A stretch of 64,000 nt of DNA from Ilumatobacteraceae bacterium (GTDB lineage: Bacteria > Actinomycetota > Acidimicrobiia > Acidimicrobiales > Ilumatobacteraceae): the NCBI GenBank assembly GCA_963773085.1, contig CAVYZS010000009.1:3743-67742 (forward strand), given 5' to 3'. Positions 51,349-60,884 of this stretch are shown here, in pieces (within the stretch, counting starts at the first letter, position 1; the number at the start of each line of letters is the position of its first letter). Under the pieces are notes generated by a model, which worked only from the letters and a program-made list of their open reading frames with translations, was not told where the DNA came from and made no database searches. The position numbers and the translations under genes were made by a program.

Positions 51349-52781
51349 CTAGTCGGCGAGCACGACGGCCGCGGCGTCGAACAGGTAGTGCGCGTTCCCG
51401 GCGAGGTTGTAGACCCGCACGGTGTTGTCGGGTCCGTACTTGAGCACGGCCATGTTGGGCACCGGCGGGCCTTCGACCATGTTGAGATTGGACGACAGCG
51501 GCCGCACGGCGCCGGCCCCGGCCGGATACGCCGTGAGGAACGTGGAGGCGGGAACCGACGGATACTGGCGACCGAGCGATGCCGACGTGAGGTTGCCGAT
51601 GACCGCAAGCTGCGCGCCAACCTGGTCTGCTCCGATGAACACCGAGCTGGCGAACTCGAGGAAGCTCCAGTCCTCTGCCTGACCAGGTCCGAGCGTGAGC
51701 CCTGCGCCACCCCACGGAGGGACGCGCGTGTCGAACGTGCGGTAGGGCGACGTGAGCGGCACGACTCGCCCGGCGCGCGTGCCCTCAGGCTGCCCCTTCA
51801 ACATGTATCCGACAACGTCGGCCACGACGTGCGTCGCTCCCTGGTTGTTGAAGATGCGCACCTTGCCGTCGGTGCCGACCGGGACGAACACCAAGTTGGC
51901 CTTGATCACGTTCGCGGCCAGGTTGAGGTTGGACGTCGTCGGGTCCTGACCCGGCGGCAACGCATCGGGGTACACCGACAGGTGGGTTGCGGTCGAACCC
52001 GGCTCGGTGGTGATTCCGACGACGTTGAGCAGCACGCCGGTGACGTCAGGGGAAACAGGCACCGCCGGGTTGACCGGCGGGTTGACGCCGTTGACGCCGC
52101 GGATCTGCAGATCGATGACCTGCTTGGCAAGCAAAGGTCCGGCCGGGGCACCGTCACGGCCGGTGCCGTCGCGGGTATCGAGCACGCGCGACGGCGTCGT
52201 TGGAATCAACCGCGCCCCACCTTGGCCGCGATGTCGCTGTCGGCGCTGGTCGAGAACCACCCGAAGACGTCGACGAGCACCTGCGCGGTACCGCTCTGAC
52301 CGAACAGGCCGATCGTCAGTTTGCCATCCGTCCCCGGACGGACGATGGCCACGTTGGGCACGGTCTGGTTGGGCGCGAAGTTGATGATCGACGTGCGCAC
52401 CGCCGGCTGGGCACCCGTGCCGTACGCCTCGAGGTAACCGCTGGCACCCGGCTCGGTCACCGTGATGTTGACGACGACGGCGAGCACGTCGGCTGGGTTC
52501 GCCGGAACGTTGCCCATTCCGAGCAACTGGATGTCGAACGTCTTCGGGGCAGGAGCTCCCAACGGCTTGGCACCTGGCTGCACAGTGTCGTTGATTGACA
52601 GTGGCGCTGGGCGGGAGTCGAAGATTCGCGCGGGAGTCAGCGGATGGAACTCGCCGCCGCCGCACATCGTCGCCGTACAGACCGCGGCGTTGGTGACCTG
52701 TGGCGCGACAGGAACGAGCACGGTCACGCCGGCCAGTCCGATGACCGCCATCAACCGCGCGAGGTGACGACCCGACTTCAT
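51349..52781 (-). pseudogene. Secreted protein with three copies of the same uncharacterised repeat domain as 10878-12998. One apparent frameshift at the C-run 52215-52218.
   Basis: MKSGRHLARLMAVIGLAGVTVLVPVAP is signal-like. Repeat 1 is ARIFDSRP...VLVDVFGWFS. Repeat 2 is SRVLDTRDG...HVVADVVGYM. Repeat 3 is YRTFDTRVP...HYLFDAAAVVLAD. The first ORF stops at AAKVGRG. The continuation GARLIPTTPSRVLDTRDG is in the adjacent frame, and one extra G on the coding strand would restore it. Confidence 0.7.
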
Positions 52782-52827
52782 GGTGTGAGCGTATCCCACG
52801 ATGGCTCCAATCCCCTGCGCGGCACGA

Positions 52828-53073
52828 TCACGTCGCGAACGTCGGCGCCAGGCCTTCGCTGCTCACCCGGGCCATGATGGCCTCGTGCTCGGAGTCGTCG
52901 ACGGCAACCGCCTCGTCGATCAACATCACCGGTATGCCATCGCGAACCAGGTATCGGCGATGGAGGCGCGGGTTGTACAACCCGTCGGTGTCCCCGAGGT
53001 AGAAGAGCGGACCCTTGTCTTCTGGGCAGGCAAGAACCGAAAGCAACCGGGGGTCGAGCGCCATGATGCTCAT
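52828..53073 (-). CDS. Trm112-family (UPF0434) small zinc-ribbon-like protein
   Basis: LDPRLLSVLACPEDKGPLFY...YLVRDGIPVMLIDEAV. Confidence 0.7.
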   Translation of the reverse strand: MSIMALDPRLLSVLACPEDKGPLFYLGDTDGLYNPRLHRRYLVRDGIPVMLIDEAVAVDDSEHEAIMARVSSEGLAPTFAT

Positions 53074-53077
53074 CCTG

Positions 53078-54448
53078 TCATACGCTCGTGACGAGGGCCA
53101 GGACCTCGGCCACATGCTGGTCGCACTCGCTGCGGTCCGCCGCCTCCAGGTTGAGGCGCAGCAGTGGCTCGGTGTTGGATGGCCGGAGATTGAACCACCA
53201 CGAACCGCAGTCGACGGTCAGCCCGTCGAGTCGATCCTGAAGGTACCCGCCGAACTCCTCGGCGACCCTGGCCATCACCGCGAGCGGATCACCGACCTGA
53301 GTGTTGATCTCTCCGCTCGAGGAATACCGTTCGAACGGCTTGCGGACGACCGAGAGCACGGTGTCGGCCCGGCTGATCTCGTCGAGAACGAGGAGCGAGG
53401 CGATCAGACCGGAGTCGGCGCCGAAGTTGTCGCGGAAGTAGTAGTGGGCGGAGTGCTCGCCGCCGAACACCGCATCCGTCTCGGCCATGATCTGCTTGAT
53501 GAAGGAGTGACCAACCTTGGTTCGCACCGGCACCCCACCATTTTCTTGGATCACCTCGGGCACAGCCTTGGAACAGATCAAGTTGTGGAGCACCGTCGCC
53601 CCGGCATGCGAGCGCAGGACGGCAGCCGCGAGGAGTGCCGTCGTGGTCGAACCGCTGAGCCCGCGGCCGGTCTCGTCGACGACGAAAACCCGGTCGGCGT
53701 CACCGTCGAACGCCAAGCCGACGTCGAAACCGCCGGCAACCACCCGCGCTTGAAGATCGCGCTGGTTGGCCGGCTGGAGCGGATCTGCCGGATGGTTCGG
53801 GAAGGTGCCGTCGAGTTCGCCGTACATGACTTCCAAGGTGACCTGTGGAAGGCGCTCGAACACAGCCGGCACGACCAAACCCCCCATCCCGTTGGCGGTG
53901 TCGGCGACGACTCGCAGAGGGTGCATCGCCTTCGGATCGATGAACGAGATCACATGGTCGACAAAAGCATCGAGCAGGTTGCGCCTGGTTGCCGAACCTG
54001 ACGTGGCCGCGGCGAGTGGGCCGTGCCCGGCGAGGACGCTGGCCGCGATCGCCTTGATGTCTGCCAAGCCGGTGTCCTGCCCCACGGCCCGGGCGCCGCC
54101 GAGGCAGAACTTGACCCCGTTGTACTGCGCCGGGTTGTGCGAGGCGGTGAACATTGCTCCGGGCGCGTCCAGCGTGCCCGCAGCGAAGTAGACGAGGTCG
54201 GTCGAGGCCAGGCCGAGGTCGACGACATCCACACCTTGCTCGAGCGCGCCGCGTGTGAAGGCGTCGACCAGCTCCGGTCCGGAGGGACGCATGTCGCGGC
54301 CGACGAGCACTCGCGGAGCCTTCGCAAAGCGGGCGAAGCCGACGCCGAGGGCGTGCGCAACATCGGTGTTGATCTGGTCGGGGACGGTGCCACGCACATC
54401 GTACGCTTTGACGATGGCGTCCAGCACCTGCGGATCGGTCGAGGACAT
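53078..54448 (-). CDS. manB: Phosphomannomutase/phosphoglucomutase
   Basis: AYDVRGTVPDQI...GAMFTASHNPAQYNGVKF (active-site Ser)...GLAFDGDADRVFVVDE...GGEHSAHYYF. Confidence 0.85.
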   Translation of the reverse strand: MSSTDPQVLDAIVKAYDVRGTVPDQINTDVAHALGVGFARFAKAPRVLVGRDMRPSGPELVDAFTRGALEQGVDVVDLGLASTDLVYFAAGTLDAPGAMFTASHNPAQYNGVKFCLGGARAVGQDTGLADIKAIAASVLAGHGPLAAATSGSATRRNLLDAFVDHVISFIDPKAMHPLRVVADTANGMGGLVVPAVFERLPQVTLEVMYGELDGTFPNHPADPLQPANQRDLQARVVAGGFDVGLAFDGDADRVFVVDETGRGLSGSTTTALLAAAVLRSHAGATVLHNLICSKAVPEVIQENGGVPVRTKVGHSFIKQIMAETDAVFGGEHSAHYYFRDNFGADSGLIASLLVLDEISRADTVLSVVRKPFERYSSSGEINTQVGDPLAVMARVAEEFGGYLQDRLDGLTVDCGSWWFNLRPSNTEPLLRLNLEAADRSECDQHVAEVLALVTSV

Positions 54449-54453
54449 GGGGC

Positions 54454-57171
54454 TTAGAGGCTAGCGTCGAGTGGTCCCGAGTCGTCCGGAGCGTCTGTCG
54501 GCGGTGCCCAGACCAGCGAATCTGCAGTGAGATCCGCGTCGAGAGGGAGGTCCACGTCGGGTCGCCACATCTGCGACGGGGTCGGATCGGCGAGCATCAG
54601 TTCCTCGGCGCGCGGTTCCCAGTCCTCCCATTGGAAGTCGGCCGCATTCGGCGCGTTACCGAAGGGATGCGTGTTGGCATGGCGCACGTCGCCACGGATC
54701 CGCATGAAGATCAGCATTCCGATGCCGATCAGGGTCAGCAAGTAGGCGAAGTAGTCGAGCCGCGACCGCTCGTAGGTGAGGTGCACATCGGTCGATGTCG
54801 GCACGACCACCATCAAGTTCGGGGCGATGCGGTACGGGCCTTTGGCGCCGCTGACGTGCCAGTTGGGGAAGTAGCTGATCTTCACCAACACCGGCACCCC
54901 GACCTTGTCGACGCTGAAGCGCAGGTCTTGATCACCGAGCTGCACGTTGCTGACGGTGACCGGCGGGAGCTCTTTCACGTCGATGGGCTCGGTCGGTTGG
55001 ACGATGTCGATCTTGCGGCCCGATGCGCCGGGCGCCAGGCCATCGCTGCGACTGGCGTCGACTGCGACATCGATCCGCTGCCACTCCGGCGGACCGTCGT
55101 CGGCCGGTATCGCCGCCCACTCGTCGCGATGTTGGAACCAGCTCATGCCGAGCTCCAGGTTGCGCTCGCGTTGATCGCCTCCGCGATGGCTGACGACCAC
55201 GGGCTGCTCGGCGAGCGGCACGACCAGGTCGCTGTCGGCGACCTGGTAGATGTTCCATGGCCCGACCGCGCCCACCTTGGTCAGGTCGGTGCGTGTGTCG
55301 GCCTGTGCCTTGGCCTTCTCGGTGAAGACCATCAGGTACTTGACGCCGAGCGTCTGCAAGTAGGGCACACCCTTGTCGGCGGCAAGGTTGTCGTAACGAA
55401 GCTCGCGCACCGGGTTCGAGCTGTCGCTGCTCATCGCCGCGGCCGTGACGAAGTGATACGGCGTGGTACCGCTGGCCTCGAAGAACAACCCCTCCATGCT
55501 GGCGATGCATCCGTCGGTCCAGTGCGGTAGGAGCATCAGCGCCATCGTCGTGCCGTACTGACCGTTGGCCCCGTTGTTCTCCCACATCGCCCGTCCGCAG
55601 CCGTGCTCTGCGTCGCTGCCGAGCGTCTTCATCTGGTCGATCAGACCCTTGTACTCGCCATAGGCGTCGCGGCCCTCGTAGCCCATGAAGTTGTACCGGG
55701 TCCAGCCATCGCTCTGGGCATCTTTGGCGGTAGCCGACAGGGTGATCGGATTCCAGCCGCCGATGCCCCACGAATACACCGCCTTGCCGTGCTCGGTGAT
55801 CGTGCGTCCGCCGGGCATCTGCTGGAAGAGGAACATCTCCATCACCAGCACGACGACGCTGACCGCACCGGCCGTTGCCGCACCGACCTTCCACAGATTG
55901 CCACGGGCCCGCGGACCGAGCGTGCCGCGGACCACCACCTCGACGAGCTCGACGATGCCGACCATCATCAACATCAGCCGCAGCAGGTACAGGAATGGAA
56001 GAAGGCGCGGGTTCCACAGCAATCCGATGACCGGGAGTGAGTTCTTCGCCAGGAAGACGAAGGCCGTCAACGCCAGGCAGCAGATCCCCAACCAGGCTCC
56101 GCTGAGATGACGCCTGACCACGGACGCGACGAATCCGAACAACGCAAAGCCGGTGACGACGACGTCGAGAAAGGTGGTCCACGGAAAGAACATGTCCCAG
56201 TACGAGTCGGCTGCACCATCGGGCCTGCCGTGATACTTCATGTCGGTCATGTACGCGTGGTTGGCCAGGAACGGCACCACCCAGAACGCGCTCAAGAGCG
56301 CAGCCGCGGTCAACACGGTCGCGCCGTAGACGAAGCGGGTGCGGTCCATCCACACCGCCCACATCAAGACCGCGCCGAGGATGACGAAGATCAGCACGAT
56401 CCCGTGGCACAGCATGGCCAGGGCCAGCAGGATCGCCGCCCAACTGCGGAACTTGCCGGTCTCCAACCCGCGGGCGAACACGCCCAGGCCGAGCATCGCG
56501 AACGACAACGCGATCGAGAACGAGAACTCACCGGCCATCGTGCTCTTGACGTTGCCGCCGTAGATCGAGAAGCTCTCGTCGAACAAGAAGATCGTGGCCG
56601 CCAGTGCCATCAGCTCGGGCATCGGATACCGGAACCGGGCCAGGCGTCCGAACGCCCAACAACACGCCGGCAGCGTGACCAGACCGAGGATCGCCACCAG
56701 CTTGAAGGCGACTCCGTACGGGAAGACGAGATTCAGGGCGACGATCATGAGCGCCGGCACGACCATGTAGAACCGATACATCGGTAAACCGTCGTACCAG
56801 TAGTTGCTCCACCCGGTGAGCTGGAAATGCGGCAACAGGTGATCGCGCAGGTACGCCGGAGCCATGACGTGCGCACCCATGTCGCCGCCGGTGGGTGTGT
56901 TGGTCTCGAAGACGAGGTTGAGGTGGACGACCTTCAACACCGAGAACGTCGTACCGCCCACGATGACCAAGGCTGTGAGGTAGCGGGCGATGCGTTCGTT
57001 GGTCCACGGGGAATCGAGCCAATTGCGCGGCCGGCGAACGATGCGTGACACGATTCGATCGAGCAGAGTGTGCCGGGGCGGCTCAAAGGGCGCGAGCGGT
57101 GGTGGCGGCACCAGCAATGGTTGTTCAGCCACCATCGGATCGTCGATCACTTCGGTCATGTCGGGCGCCAT
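54454..57171 (-). CDS. Large polytopic membrane protein with C-terminal extracytoplasmic domain (GT-C-fold glycosyltransferase-like; function unknown)
   Basis: 905 aa from MAPDMTEVIDD. There are many TM helices in the first ~500 aa, with a TGGDMGAHV motif after TM1, then a soluble domain and one C-terminal TM (YFAYLLTLIGIGMLIFMRI). Confidence 0.6.
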   Translation of the reverse strand: MAPDMTEVIDDPMVAEQPLLVPPPPLAPFEPPRHTLLDRIVSRIVRRPRNWLDSPWTNERIARYLTALVIVGGTTFSVLKVVHLNLVFETNTPTGGDMGAHVMAPAYLRDHLLPHFQLTGWSNYWYDGLPMYRFYMVVPALMIVALNLVFPYGVAFKLVAILGLVTLPACCWAFGRLARFRYPMPELMALAATIFLFDESFSIYGGNVKSTMAGEFSFSIALSFAMLGLGVFARGLETGKFRSWAAILLALAMLCHGIVLIFVILGAVLMWAVWMDRTRFVYGATVLTAAALLSAFWVVPFLANHAYMTDMKYHGRPDGAADSYWDMFFPWTTFLDVVVTGFALFGFVASVVRRHLSGAWLGICCLALTAFVFLAKNSLPVIGLLWNPRLLPFLYLLRLMLMMVGIVELVEVVVRGTLGPRARGNLWKVGAATAGAVSVVVLVMEMFLFQQMPGGRTITEHGKAVYSWGIGGWNPITLSATAKDAQSDGWTRYNFMGYEGRDAYGEYKGLIDQMKTLGSDAEHGCGRAMWENNGANGQYGTTMALMLLPHWTDGCIASMEGLFFEASGTTPYHFVTAAAMSSDSSNPVRELRYDNLAADKGVPYLQTLGVKYLMVFTEKAKAQADTRTDLTKVGAVGPWNIYQVADSDLVVPLAEQPVVVSHRGGDQRERNLELGMSWFQHRDEWAAIPADDGPPEWQRIDVAVDASRSDGLAPGASGRKIDIVQPTEPIDVKELPPVTVSNVQLGDQDLRFSVDKVGVPVLVKISYFPNWHVSGAKGPYRIAPNLMVVVPTSTDVHLTYERSRLDYFAYLLTLIGIGMLIFMRIRGDVRHANTHPFGNAPNAADFQWEDWEPRAEELMLADPTPSQMWRPDVDLPLDADLTADSLVWAPPTDAPDDSGPLDASL

Positions 57172-57212
57172 TGTTTCACTCCACACCGGCCCGCGGACCG
57201 TCACCCCGTCGT

Positions 57213-57944
57213 TCACGCCCAGGCCACCAACATCAATCCGGTGGCATTGAAGGCCATGTGCGCGACGATGCCCATACCCAGCCGACCGGTGCGCAACGCG
57301 CACACCCCGAGGATCACACCGAACACGAACAAACCCGGGAACTCGACCCAGCGGAAGTGAATCAGCGCAAAGAACGCCGCAACCGCGACCACGGCAACGG
57401 CATCGTTGACGCGTCGCACCAATGCGCCTTGCAGCAGGCCGCGGTAGACCAACTCTTCGACGAATGGTGCGCCGATCACGACAATGGCAACCAGGCCGAC
57501 CAGCCAGCCACCGTGCGCCCTGTCGTAGAGGTCCCGAGCGTTGCGTTCAACGCGCGACCGGCTGAACGTTTCCGGCCAACCGCGCTCCAACGGCCAGTAG
57601 ACCAAGCGCACCACGACGAGTTGCGACAGAACTCCGACGGGAACACCGACGAGGTCTACGAGCTTGAACCGCAGCCCGTAATCATCGGCAAAGTTTCCCC
57701 GACCGAGCCGATTGCTGAGGATCCACAGACCGGCCAGCATGGGCGTCCACAGCGATACGGCCAACACCATCGTGACCCATACCGGAGCTTCCGAGGCCGA
57801 CTCGTAGCCGGTCGCGACGATGACCGCCGAGCCGATGATGTTCCCGACGATCCATGCGGCGAGCCAGACGGCAGCGGCCTGGCCAACTCCGATGCGCGAC
57901 TGGTCGGGATCGACGCGCGTCGGGGAGACCTGGGCACCGGGCAT
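57213..57944 (-). CDS. CPBP-family intramembrane glutamic endopeptidase (CAAX protease-like)
   Basis: APFVEELVYRGLL (EExxxR), FFALIHF (FxxxH) and IVAHMAFN (HxxxN). Confidence 0.8.
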   Translation of the reverse strand: MPGAQVSPTRVDPDQSRIGVGQAAAVWLAAWIVGNIIGSAVIVATGYESASEAPVWVTMVLAVSLWTPMLAGLWILSNRLGRGNFADDYGLRFKLVDLVGVPVGVLSQLVVVRLVYWPLERGWPETFSRSRVERNARDLYDRAHGGWLVGLVAIVVIGAPFVEELVYRGLLQGALVRRVNDAVAVVAVAAFFALIHFRWVEFPGLFVFGVILGVCALRTGRLGMGIVAHMAFNATGLMLVAWA

Positions 57945-57980
57945 GAGGCGACAGATTACCGGCGCACCGGTGTGGTGGGC

Positions 57981-58217
57981 TCAGCCCGCGAGTCGAGATG
58001 TGGCCGAAAACACCAGAACTCGTCTGCTGCGGCGGTCTTCCAGCCGCCACCCATTGGGTACCGAGAGGCGAGCGGTATGGCGTTCGCACAGGTCGTAATC
58101 GTGGGGGTCGCGGCTGGCGGTGAGATCGTCGAGCCACACGATCGCTCGACCGTACTGGTACGAGAGCGTCGACGACGCCGCCTGCGCGCACCCCGTGCGC
58201 GAACACTGACGATTCAT
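57981..58217 (-). CDS. DUF3499-type small actinobacterial protein
   Basis: MNRQCSRTGCAQAASSTLSYQYGRAIVWLDDLTASRDPHDYDLCERHTARLSVPNGWRLEDRR. Confidence 0.7.
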   Translation of the reverse strand: MNRQCSRTGCAQAASSTLSYQYGRAIVWLDDLTASRDPHDYDLCERHTARLSVPNGWRLEDRRSRRVLVFSATSRLAG

Positions 58218-58265
58218 GTGCCCAAAATTAGGGGTCATTTCGACCCGCGTGGTGGATGCCCAGCC

Positions 58266-58294
58266 GATGCACAGAGGATGCACAGAGGATGCGC
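58266..58294. promoter_or_regulatory. Tandem 11-bp direct repeat gatgcacagag x2 followed by a partial third copy gatgcgc, about 40 nt upstream of the ftsH start in a divergent intergenic region
   Basis: Counted directly: 58266-58276 and 58277-58287, partial copy from 58288. Confidence 0.4.
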
Positions 58295-58329
58295 CCGCGT
58301 CACCCAATTGCATCGATCACCCGTAGCAT

Positions 58330-60348
58330 ATGGCCATGAGCAATCTGCCTCCCCCGCCTCCCCCGCCGCCGCAAGGCCGCTCGGGTGGTCGTGGCCAGCA
58401 GAACGATCAGCAGCCTCCCGAGCGCGGCCGACGCCCGCTCGGTGGCGGATGGCCGCGCTGGGTGATCCCCGTATTGTTCGCTGTGCTGATGCTGTCGTTC
58501 GCCCTGCCACGAGTGTGGCCGGCGACGCGCAGCGACAGGAAGCCGTTCAGCGACTTCTGGTCGTTGGTCGAAGACGGCCAGGTCAAGAGCGTCGAGGTCA
58601 ACAATCAGACCGACAGCATCAGCGGTGTGCTGACCAACGGCGAGAAGTTCACCAGCACCGCGCCGAACAACTTCCCCAACGACGCCCAGAGCGCCGAACT
58701 TCAAGACAAGAACGTCGTGTTCGTGGCCAAGACGCCTAGCTCCAACTGGCTGCTCAGTTGGGCAAGCCTGCTGCTGCCGCTGGTGCTGTTGATCGGGTTC
58801 TTCATGTGGATGCAACGGCGCGCCGCCGGTCAGATGGGCAACGTCATGTCGATCGGGCGAAGCCGGGCCAAGGCGTACACCACCGACAAGCCTTCGACGA
58901 CGTTCGCCGACATCGCCGGCTACGAGGGCGTCAAGCAGGAGATCACCGAAGTCGTCGACTTCCTGCGCATGCCGGAGCGCTTCCGCGAGATCGGGGCACG
59001 CGTCCCGAAAGGCATCTTGCTGGTCGGTCCGCCCGGCACCGGTAAGACGCTTTTCGCCCGCGCCGTAGCCGGCGAGGCAGGTGTCGGGTTCTTGTCGGTC
59101 ACGGGCAGCGACTTCATGGAGATGTTCGTCGGCGTCGGCGCAAGCCGCGTTCGCGACCTCTTCCAGCAAGCCCGCAAGATGGGCCGAGCGATCATCTTCG
59201 TCGACGAGATCGACTCCATCGGCCGCAAGCGCGGCGCCGGCCTCGGCGGTGGTCACGACGAGCGCGAGCAGACGCTCAACCAGATGCTCGCCGAGATGGA
59301 CGGCTTCGAGACCTCCGAGGGCATCGTCATCCTCGCCGCCACGAATCGCCCCGACATCCTCGACCCGGCGCTGCTACGGCCCGGCCGATTCGACCGCACC
59401 ATCGTCGTTCCGCTTCCCGAGAACGAGGAACGCCTCGCCATCTTGAAGGTGCACAGCCGCGACAAGCGCATGGGGCAAGACGTCGATCTCGAGGTCATGT
59501 CGAAAGCGACGCCGGGCATGAGCGGCGCCGATCTCGCCAACCTGGTCAACGAAGCGGCGCTGTTCGCCGTTCGCAGAGGCAGCAAGCAGATCGAGCGGAT
59601 CGACTTCGAGAACGCCCGCGATCGTGTCGTGATGGGTGCCCGGCGCGAGAGCCTGGTGCTCAGCGCCGAGGAGAAGCGGGCGACCGCGATCCACGAGGGT
59701 GGCCATGCCATCTTGACGACGGTGCTGCCGCACGCCGACCCATTGCACAAGGTCACGATCCTGCCCCGCGGGATGGCACTCGGTGTCACCTGGAGCCTTC
59801 CCGAAGAACGCCACACGTACTCCAAGGAGTATTTCGACGACGTCATCTGCCGCGCCATGGGCGGCCGCGTTGCCGAGAAGATCGTCTTCGGCCATCTCAA
59901 TTCGGGTGCCGCCAACGATCTCGAGCAGGCCACCATGATCGCTCGTCGCATGGTGCGCGAGTGGGGCATGAGCGACGCTGTCGGGCCGATGGCCTGGAGC
60001 GGCCACCAGCAGGTGTTCCTCGGCGAGGACCTGATGACACAGGGTCGCGAATACAGCGACGACACGGCAAAGATGATCGACGAGGAAGTGTTCCGCATCC
60101 TTCACGAGCAAGAGGCACGGGCATTCGAGGTGCTGTCGAAGCATCGCCGAGCTCTCGACCTGGTCGCCGAGGCGCTCCTCGAGCGCGAGACGATCGACGG
60201 CGGCGAAGTCGCCCGCATCGTGCACGAGAGCCTCGGCGAGAGCGTCAGTGACAGTCCGAGCGACAGTGAAGATTACGAGACTCCTCAACTGGACCTGGCC
60301 CCCGAGATCGCAACCGACGACGCCTCTGCCAGCGTCGACTTCACCTAG
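58330..60348 (+). CDS. ftsH: ATP-dependent zinc metalloprotease FtsH
   Basis: [21 protein letters not shown] (Walker A), IIFVDEIDS (Walker B), [20 protein letters not shown] (SRH) and AIHEGGHAI (HExxH). 672 aa, intact. Confidence 0.93.
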   Translation: MAMSNLPPPPPPPPQGRSGGRGQQNDQQPPERGRRPLGGGWPRWVIPVLFAVLMLSFALPRVWPATRSDRKPFSDFWSLVEDGQVKSVEVNNQTDSISGVLTNGEKFTSTAPNNFPNDAQSAELQDKNVVFVAKTPSSNWLLSWASLLLPLVLLIGFFMWMQRRAAGQMGNVMSIGRSRAKAYTTDKPSTTFADIAGYEGVKQEITEVVDFLRMPERFREIGARVPKGILLVGPPGTGKTLFARAVAGEAGVGFLSVTGSDFMEMFVGVGASRVRDLFQQARKMGRAIIFVDEIDSIGRKRGAGLGGGHDEREQTLNQMLAEMDGFETSEGIVILAATNRPDILDPALLRPGRFDRTIVVPLPENEERLAILKVHSRDKRMGQDVDLEVMSKATPGMSGADLANLVNEAALFAVRRGSKQIERIDFENARDRVVMGARRESLVLSAEEKRATAIHEGGHAILTTVLPHADPLHKVTILPRGMALGVTWSLPEERHTYSKEYFDDVICRAMGGRVAEKIVFGHLNSGAANDLEQATMIARRMVREWGMSDAVGPMAWSGHQQVFLGEDLMTQGREYSDDTAKMIDEEVFRILHEQEARAFEVLSKHRRALDLVAEALLERETIDGGEVARIVHESLGESVSDSPSDSEDYETPQLDLAPEIATDDASASVDFT

Positions 60349-60429
60349 ATCTCGGCCACTCCTGCGGTCGGGTACCGCCCATCGAGTGTCTGCTGCACGG
60401 CGGGGGTGTCCGGAAACACTCGATGCACT

Positions 60430-60880
60430 TCAGCTGGAGCCGAGGTCGGGCTCGGGCGACGACCCCGGATCACGCGCCTCGGCGACAGCAGCCCACAGGT
60501 CGGTCGCCGACATCGGCCCGACGAAGCTTGCCCTGACGACGCCGAGACGGTCGGCGACGATCACGATCGGCACGGCATCGATGTGATACTTGCGGTGCAG
60601 CTCCGCTGCAGCCGGGTACTCGACATCGACCACGACGACCTGTGCGCACGCCAACACCTTGGCCTTACCCGCCACGTCGGCACATGCAGCACACGACGCC
60701 GAGGAGAAAACCACCACGAGCCACGGTGCGGCCGCCGCAGCGAAGTCGGCACGGTCGACCTGGGCCGGGGCGGAGAACGCCGGCTGGGTGGGGGCGTCGA
60801 CTGCCGCGCCTGCGCCGCAATACCACCCCGACGGCCAACGCCGCGGCGAGCACCGATGCGGCGAGGACGAACTGAGGCAC
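60430..60880 (-). pseudogene. Membrane-anchored thioredoxin-fold protein, apparent frameshift near 60795-60815
   Basis: A GTG at 60880 gives PQFVLAASVLAAALAVGVVLRRR (TM anchor). The adjacent frame continues AAVDAPTQPAFSAPAQVDRADFAAAAAPWLVVVFSSASCAACADVAGKAKVLA...HIDAVPIVIVADRLGVV, a CxxC thioredoxin-like fold. Confidence 0.55.
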
Positions 60881-60884
60881 GGCG

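Noticed and set aside
57045-58739. 564-aa plus-strand ORF across the CPBP protease, DUF3499 and the ftsH start
   Set aside because: It is antisense or out of frame relative to three recognisable genes, and its composition is Arg/His/Gln-rich.
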